From the NCBI GenBank assembly GCA_040954595.2, contig CM082589.2, forward strand, positions 393,423-457,422: 64,000 nt of DNA, read 5' to 3'. Shown piece after piece: positions 57,139 through 64,000 of this stretch. How positions within the stretch are numbered: the first letter of the stretch is position 1; every line of letters begins with the position of its first letter. Both the position numbers and the translations under genes were made by a program. Source of the DNA: Balanoglossus misakiensis. Taxonomy: Eukaryota > Animalia > Hemichordata. Under the pieces are notes generated by a model. That model worked only from the letters and a program-made list of their open reading frames with translations, was not told the DNA's origin and did no database searches.

Positions 57139-57210
57139 TAGTCTCGGTTACCCAGACGCCTTTGCTTCTTCCGATGCTCTCCAGCAAAGGCGTCTGGGTA
57201 ACCGAGACTA
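57139..57210. mobile_element. 72-bp internally deleted copy inserted in the left TIR, 9-bp TSD TTGAAAGCT
   Basis: TTGAAAGCT at 57130-57138 and 57211-57219 flanks TAGTCTCGG...CCGAGACTA. Confidence 0.88.
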
Positions 57211-57532
57211 TTGAAAGCTTTGTAAAACAAAATGGCCGATGTCAGGATTTTGATCATCGCCTGATTGGCTGAGCTGTCAGTATGACCCGGGTCACTGCAA
57301 TAGTTTCGACAATCGTCTACCAAAGATATTTCATATAATTTCTCCAACAATGCTAACAGAGGACGCATTTTGCCTTTCGCATCAACCAACAAGTACCGGT
57401 CTCTTGATATGAAGATACGACAAATAATCACACATTGTCGAGAGTCAGTGACCCGGGTCATACTGACAGCTCAGCCAATCAGGCGATGATCAAAATCCTG
57501 ACATCGGCCATTTTGTTTTACAAAGCTTTCAA

Positions 57533-57990
57533 TAGTCTCGGTTACCCAGACGCCTTTGCTCTTCCGATGCTCTCCAAGAAAAGGGTCTGGGGAAATGCTA
57601 TTTAAAGCTTTGTAAAACAAAATGGCCGATGTCAGGATTTTGATCATCGCCTGATTGGCTGAGCTGTCAGTATGACCCGGGTCACTGCAATAGTTTCGAC
57701 AATCGTCTACCAAAGATATTTCATATAATTTCTCCAACAATGCTAACAGAGGACGCCTTTTGCCTTTCGCATCAACCAACAAGTACCGGTCTCTTGATAT
57801 GAAGATACGACAAATAATCACACATTGTCGAGAGTCAGTGACCCGGGTCATACTGACAGCTCAGCCAATCAGGCGATGATCAAAATCCTGACATCGGCCA
57901 TTTTGTTTTACAAAGCTTTCAATAGCATTTCCCCAGACCCTTTTCTGGAGAGCATCGGAAGAAGCAAAGGCGTCTGGGTAACCGAGACTA
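57533..57990. mobile_element. Full-length 458-bp copy inserted in the right TIR, 9-bp TSD AGCTTTCAA
   Basis: AGCTTTCAA at 57524-57532 and 57991-57999 flanks TAGTCTCGG...CCGAGACTA. The core is near-identical to the outer core (one difference seen: GGACGCATTT vs GGACGCCTTT). Confidence 0.9.
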
Positions 57991-60900
57991 AGCTTTCAAT
58001 AGCATTTCCCCAGACCCTTTTCTGGAGAGCATCGGAAGAAGCAAAGGCGTCTGGGTAACCGAGACTGTTTACTTTCAGCACATCACACTCTACCGACGAT
58101 ATTGAACTATGCTTTTGTTTTTTTCTAAACGACCACTTTGCAACAGCGCCACCTTGCGTCAATAGTTGGTATATCATGGCGCATCCAACTGTGTAGGGTC
58201 GTTCGTCAGCTATATTTAAATGCAGGATTTTCGGGCGATATATAAAGAGCAAGTGTTTTTTTCTTGCGATGTGTATGTGATTTTGTATTTGGTGCTGTAG
58301 CCATAGAGAAGAAGATATGAATGGAATCATCGGAACCGTTAAGGTAGGACAAAGCGACAACAAAATATGAGTTCGAACTGAATGGACAAAAAGCTTGCTA
58401 GACCTGTTCTATCAATCCCAAAATACAAGACTATTTCCATAATAATTTGGATGTCATTTATGCATTTTATTATTTATTTTCTATGTCTGTCAGCATCCCC
58501 AAGAATAGCGTCTTGACGAAAAGGGTTTCATTTCCCGTTTCTGTAAAAAAAGAAGAAAAAATGTGTAAGCACGTAGGTCTTGCAGTGTATGCCCGGAATA
58601 TATGTTTATTTGGTCACGTGGCACATGAATTTCTATTTTCGTCATCGTGTGTCAAGTCCTGTTGACCTCAATTGACCTTCTGAATTGTTAACGCCCTTGG
58701 AATGTTCAAACGTGCGGTAGTGTTTCAAGAATCAATTTTCGGATAATTGCAATCTTTTTATAGCAAGTGATATTAGCCTTTGTCTCGGCCTACATCCAAA
58801 ACTGTCAGTGCACTCCACTCAGGATGACGACGCAATCATATCTGTCATTGTTTGCAGTTATGATGCCTTTGTTGTTAATGATTTGCGAACTTTGGGAGAT
58901 TAGTGGTGTTTGATAAGGCTGGTTGTTTCTAAATAATATACAAAATTCCTCTCTAGTCTGATCATAAACCCAGTAAAATGAAGAACCTGTGAATGAACAC
59001 GACACGACCTCAAAAAATAAATCTTTTCCCCTCAGGCCATTTTTGAAAAGATGTTACCCTCCCTCGAAAACGCATTTGTTTACAACGCTGTTAAGTTCTT
59101 AAGTTCGTATTGACATGATTATGCATAACCAGACTTGCTGATTCAATAAAATATGTAGGCGTCTGTTTTTTTCTCCCTCAAAACCCGGTCAGGCTCAAAT
59201 TATAAGCGCATAACAAAAACACAAATTGTGACAAAGCTAGGGAGTCTCTTATGATGTCATCGTACAGCTGGTTTGTCATCATGAACATGGCTGCACGAAC
59301 AACCTTCTGCATCTTTTCCCGGAGCTAGCCCCATTCCATCACCCAAGCGCGAACCTCGCTGGATTTTTGACACCACCTCCGTGAATTCTGGCTGAACATA
59401 CTAGCAAGTCCGTCGGAGAATTTAGTAAGTGAAACCACCATTTCAAATAGTGTAAATGTTTGAACACGTTAGTGTGATGGTAAAACATATTCCACGTGCC
59501 CACCTATCGCGTTCATTATAACACCCTCACTCTACACTTGCATTGTCCATGTACGATGATGATTCAAATACTGGACAATGATCTTCAGATTCGAACCAGG
59601 ACGTTCACTTATTAGTCATTCTGTCATTATTTCTGATCGTGACCATGACCGGCGATTGTTTTGATCGGCCTACAGCTGCACAAACAGATTGTTTCAGGGT
59701 CGAATCGCTTCGGTTCGGATGAAAACCGGTAGGCCCAGGCCTAATCGACGATCCGAATGACATGTCATGATCATGATGTCGTCCCCAACTGAACCCTTTT
59801 TTTGTTGGCCTATATAATCAGATCTACACAGTAGTGAGAATCACGTTTTGTATTAGTTGGCCTATATACACGGTCAACAATGTTTACCTACAACGTCTAT
59901 TTATGAATGTTGTTCAAAACCCTTTCACATTCTGATGGAATGATTGGGCGTGATGTTTTCTTAAGTCGATTATTTAGTGCATGACAACCGGAGTCGGTGT
60001 AGCAAGGTACATACATTTCATTGCTTGCCAAGATGATCTCAACAATTCTACAAGCGTAGTGTTATTGATTTTTGTCGGAGCTTTAAGTCTTGGCGTGCGG
60101 CTGGCTGTCTCACGTAGCGCTTTTTTGAAAAATTGATGACCAAACACGCTCACAATTAATTATTTAACTGCATGTTTGAGAGGTTTGATGCAGGCTGTTA
60201 TCAGAGGTGGTTCAATTTTGCGTCTTGAAATAAACAGACCGATATCAGATACTTAACAGTTAGTTACGTCATTGATGATGGTTTTATGTGACTTCAATTT
60301 GAAGTAGAGTGATTCTCCTCGTTTGACTATTATTGACTTTGTGTCGTATCGATCCGTATTGCCCTTTGAAACATCGCCAATGAAGGCAAATGATAGTATC
60401 ATTTGTCTGTGTCGGGAACACACAACTCTGTAGACAGAGCCAGATTGATAATTGCTAGCATGAAGGAACGCGACGTACTCCCCACCGCCATGATACGAGT
60501 CAGTATGGATGTCGATTTCAGGGTTAGATGTCGCATTTCACTTTTTCTGTCTGAAATCGACACTGTCTGCACACACACGTGTTGTTGCCGAGCAGATGTG
60601 GAGTAACCGACACTGAAGTTAATCAAATTCACAGTTGTGTTTTGAAACGTTGACGGCGTGTTTTTAGATAAGGCTTATCATTAGAAACTGTTTTGCTTCA
60701 TTGTACAAGGCATGTATGTTATTACATAATGTTGATACTAATTATATAGCCATTTTACATGAAATACTTAACACCCGACCAAATTTGAGGCGAGGTGGTC
60801 GGCTGGTTTTCCCAGGGGTGTGATAATAATATTGCAGGTATATCTACGCACGATGTCATGTGACTTTAGAGTCGGCATGTAATCTGTTTTTGTGCAATTT

Positions 60901-63900
60901 TTGGGCATTTGAATTTCAGTCGTTTTAACGGGGATGATCGTCAGTTTCAGAGTAGAAAGAACTATTTGTTAAACAGTGATGTATAACGTATTATTATTAT
61001 AATAAAATACAACCTTACCTAGAAGAGATATAGTGACAGAAACTATGGCCTGAGGCCATGGAACGTACTCTGCTTTTTATCGACTCAACCAAGCTTAGAT
61101 CTGAGTACTTTTTCAGGTCAAACTATATAATAAATAAACTTGAAATTCATCTTGGACAAAAGAGAGTATTTGAAGTTGAAGGTAGAATGCGCAGACGACA
61201 GTATTTACGTGGCTTGGCAACCCAAACCAATACAACACAACGCCCCCATGCACCAACAGATCCTCTGAAAGACCAAATTGGGGTAGTATTTGTTCTTGAG
61301 TGACATGCGTGTGTGGTCGCGCTATAAAACTCGGCGCCAAGAATAGAATGTAAACGGGCAATTGCAATAATAGACCGGGCTTAGTAATATAAATTCACCA
61401 AAGAATAAATATTTGGGCTATAAATGATCCAAGCTCTCGTGTGTGGGAAAGGTTCCTCGAAAGTGTCAGCGTCGACAGGAATTGGGAAGCGTGCCGATAA
61501 AGTTTTTAGTGGCAATGTTTATTGCGCCAGTAAAAGTTCCCAGCGGAAGGTCTAGTCACCATTCGTTGTCAGCGGTGGTAGCATTTCCGAAGTTCTGCTG
61601 GCGGTAGGTTTATATCTGGTCGTCACAGCTGTCGAAAACCAGCTTTTCGAAGACACCATATGACTGTGGAAGCGACGGAACTTTATTGTTGTAAAACTTT
61701 TATGGAGGAAAGTTAGCCGCCAGTGTTTTGCTTAAAATGCATTGTTGACATGAATAAATTTTATGTTATCACGTCAGTTCCTGTAAGATACAAAAATAGT
61801 ATTCGATATTACTTCCCCTTTTATCCATTAAATTCAGAGAACGAGATCAGTGTTTCAATGGCCGAAATACACAGCAAGTTTCAGCTAAAATATTTAAATC
61901 ATTTTTCGGAAATACTCAGTAAAAAGATTTTCCGATGAAGTATTTACAGGAAAGCCAACTATTTAGAATAACAATTTGTGATTGGAGACGATTTTATCAA
62001 AACGAAAATCGTGTTTATATCGCAAAACATGACTTATAACGTGAGCGTCAAGGTCGGGCACATCACCCTATCTATATTATAAACAATGTCATTAAGAGGT
62101 CGTCTACCTTCTCCGTAGTAGGCATTAGAATGTGTGAATTATCGGCCGTGAATCTGTAGTCAATTCCGGAGTTATACCATCACTAGTGTTCTGTTATAAA
62201 ACATTATCTAATACTCCACAAAAATAAGAGAAATTGGATCAATTTAGGTAATTTAGAGCGATATGTACAGTAGGATGGTTAATGACAAGGCTGGTTACAC
62301 ACTGCGATATTTCCCGATGTTTTCCTTTAATTACTGTGTAGTTCATTTCTAGGTGAGTGACCGCGTTGAAGGTCTAGAAGGTAGAACAGTATATATATGA
62401 AACAAATAAAATATTTGAATATATTTTGTGTATCCGCGGTATTTTCAACAGATGACAAAAAATAGACAGAACGTGGATATATATATTTGCGTGATAACAA
62501 CTTGTAACCTTATGACCCCGTGAACCCCGTGAGCTGCAAACGGGCTCATTGCTCATGTGTACTGCGTGTATGTAATGCTGAACCATCTGTGTGTGGCTTG
62601 GCTATTTCCATCTCGGTTTTGCGTTTGCAAAACACATCGAGGGATGGGCAATATTCTCGGGCATTAGAGGATTGCTTTCTGGTTGGAGAAGTCGAAAGTG
62701 AAGGTGCGTTGTGGTTATAAGTTCCATTGTTGTGTTATAATATCCTTCTATATAACATCATTTTCATAAATCGAAGATAAATTCATGTAGCGCTCGGCGT
62801 TGATCGCCTTATAATCCGAATCGTACCTAAATCATGTAGGACATAAAACACGCCTAGCCCACGAATAATACCGACGCCTTTTCCTGTGAATTTCTAAATG
62901 TGGAAATAGCGTGTGGTATTTTTTGAGTAGACGACAAATTGTTGAGCTGTAGATATTAATACATTTTACAGTTTCTTCACGGCTAAATAGGTCGTTTCTG
63001 TAAAGACGTCTGATTGACCCCATCAGACCTCGTAGAATTGCATTCAGCTGTTCTTTTTGTGAGGGGAGTGGGCCCTCCATGTATATTTCGACGTCTTTTG
63101 TTCGATAGCAAACTCAACCCCAAAGAGTGGGGTTTCTGTCCATATTGTGTAGGATAATATTACTGAAATAATGTAGGGTGGGTATGAGATATGACGACTA
63201 CGGGTTCGTGCGTAGATATATTTATAGATTCGTAATAGTTGAACGGCCAAGACCTGGCAGTATTGTCAATATCTCGTCCATCACTGCAAATACATGGGAT
63301 TTTCAACCTTGCATATCATTCAGATATTACCCTGTTTTGATGAATTTTATTGAACAATTCAAATAAATCATGCATGATAGAGATATCAGGATGGAAAAGA
63401 TTGTTATATTATTCAACGATACCAATTTGTCTAGTTGCTGTTTCGACACTACAAATAAACATTTTCAACGCAATTTCTGTCAATAGCATAACAAGGCCAG
63501 TTGCGTATATCCATCCCTTCATGGGAATATCCAGATGCATGCCGGGAAGGGGATGACCTCCAAATAACCCCCAATCACAACGTCATTTTTCAGGATAACC
63601 GACAGTTGTTTGCTTTCAACGCACAGAAAAGTACGGTCATCATCGATCCTATTTCATCTTTGACGTGGCTATTATTTTAGGATATCTGTGAATTATTGTA
63701 GGCTCTTCTAATAATTTTAGTTTGATATTGATTTGTGTCTGTATTACAGACTCTTATGACGAGTTATATAAGTTGTCAGGAAATGTTAGTCGAGGAAATA
63801 CGATATAGCATTTATACTGCCAGTCTGGGATGATAATGACGCAATCAGAGATCGAATATGATATTTCATTAGAGTTTAGATTGCTGTATAAAGGAACTTG

Positions 63901-64000
63901 TTCGGAAAGATGATAGATGATATAATTCAGTGTTATAGTGAGAATAGATACCCTCTGTATTATTTTGTCGACATTTTGTCGTCATCATACGAGAAATCAA

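Larger units (their letters stand above)
57063..58067. mobile_element. Composite self-nested MITE: an outer TAG-ended foldback element carrying two insertions of its own family
   Basis: The outer element starts TAGTCTCGGTTACCCAGAC at 57063 and ends GTCTGGGTAACCGAGACT(G) at 58067. TIRs are ~155 bp around a ~150-bp core. No clear outer TSD. Confidence 0.9.

Noticed and set aside
57063-58067. CRISPR-like array, or duplicated small genes (ORFs 57138-57461 and 57471-57851)
   Set aside because: The repeats are inverted and nested with TSDs, the 'spacers' are identical cores, and no cas genes are present. The ORFs are chance frames in non-coding MITE sequence.
62832-63080. 82-aa minus-strand ORF as a possible small gene
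   Set aside because: No recognisable domain, no supporting splice structure and a length expected by chance.

Overview
Eukaryotic, intron-rich, AT-rich genomic DNA from an invertebrate animal. The gene content and repeat types suggest a marine deuterostome such as a hemichordate or echinoderm, which is an inference. By reading splice sites and translating across them I reconstructed ten protein-coding genes: RB1CC1/FIP200 (-), SF3B5 (+), a secreted stand-alone ALK/LTK-type glycine-rich-domain protein (-), TPMT (+), a proteinase K/PCSK9-like S8 subtilase whose catalytic Asp is replaced by Gly (+), ELOC (-), DDX24 (+, with a U12-type intron), an SLC16/MCT transporter (-), HADHB (-) and HADHA (+). 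There is also an orphan duplicated MCT terminal exon. Three gene pairs are tightly head-to-head. Several MITE-like foldback elements have readable target-site duplications (TSDs). The most striking is a ~1 kb structure at 57063-58067, where an element carries copies of itself at the same 9-bp site in both of its own terminal inverted repeats (TIRs). I could not recognise any gene in 58.1-64 kb. No tRNA, rRNA or CRISPR array was found.
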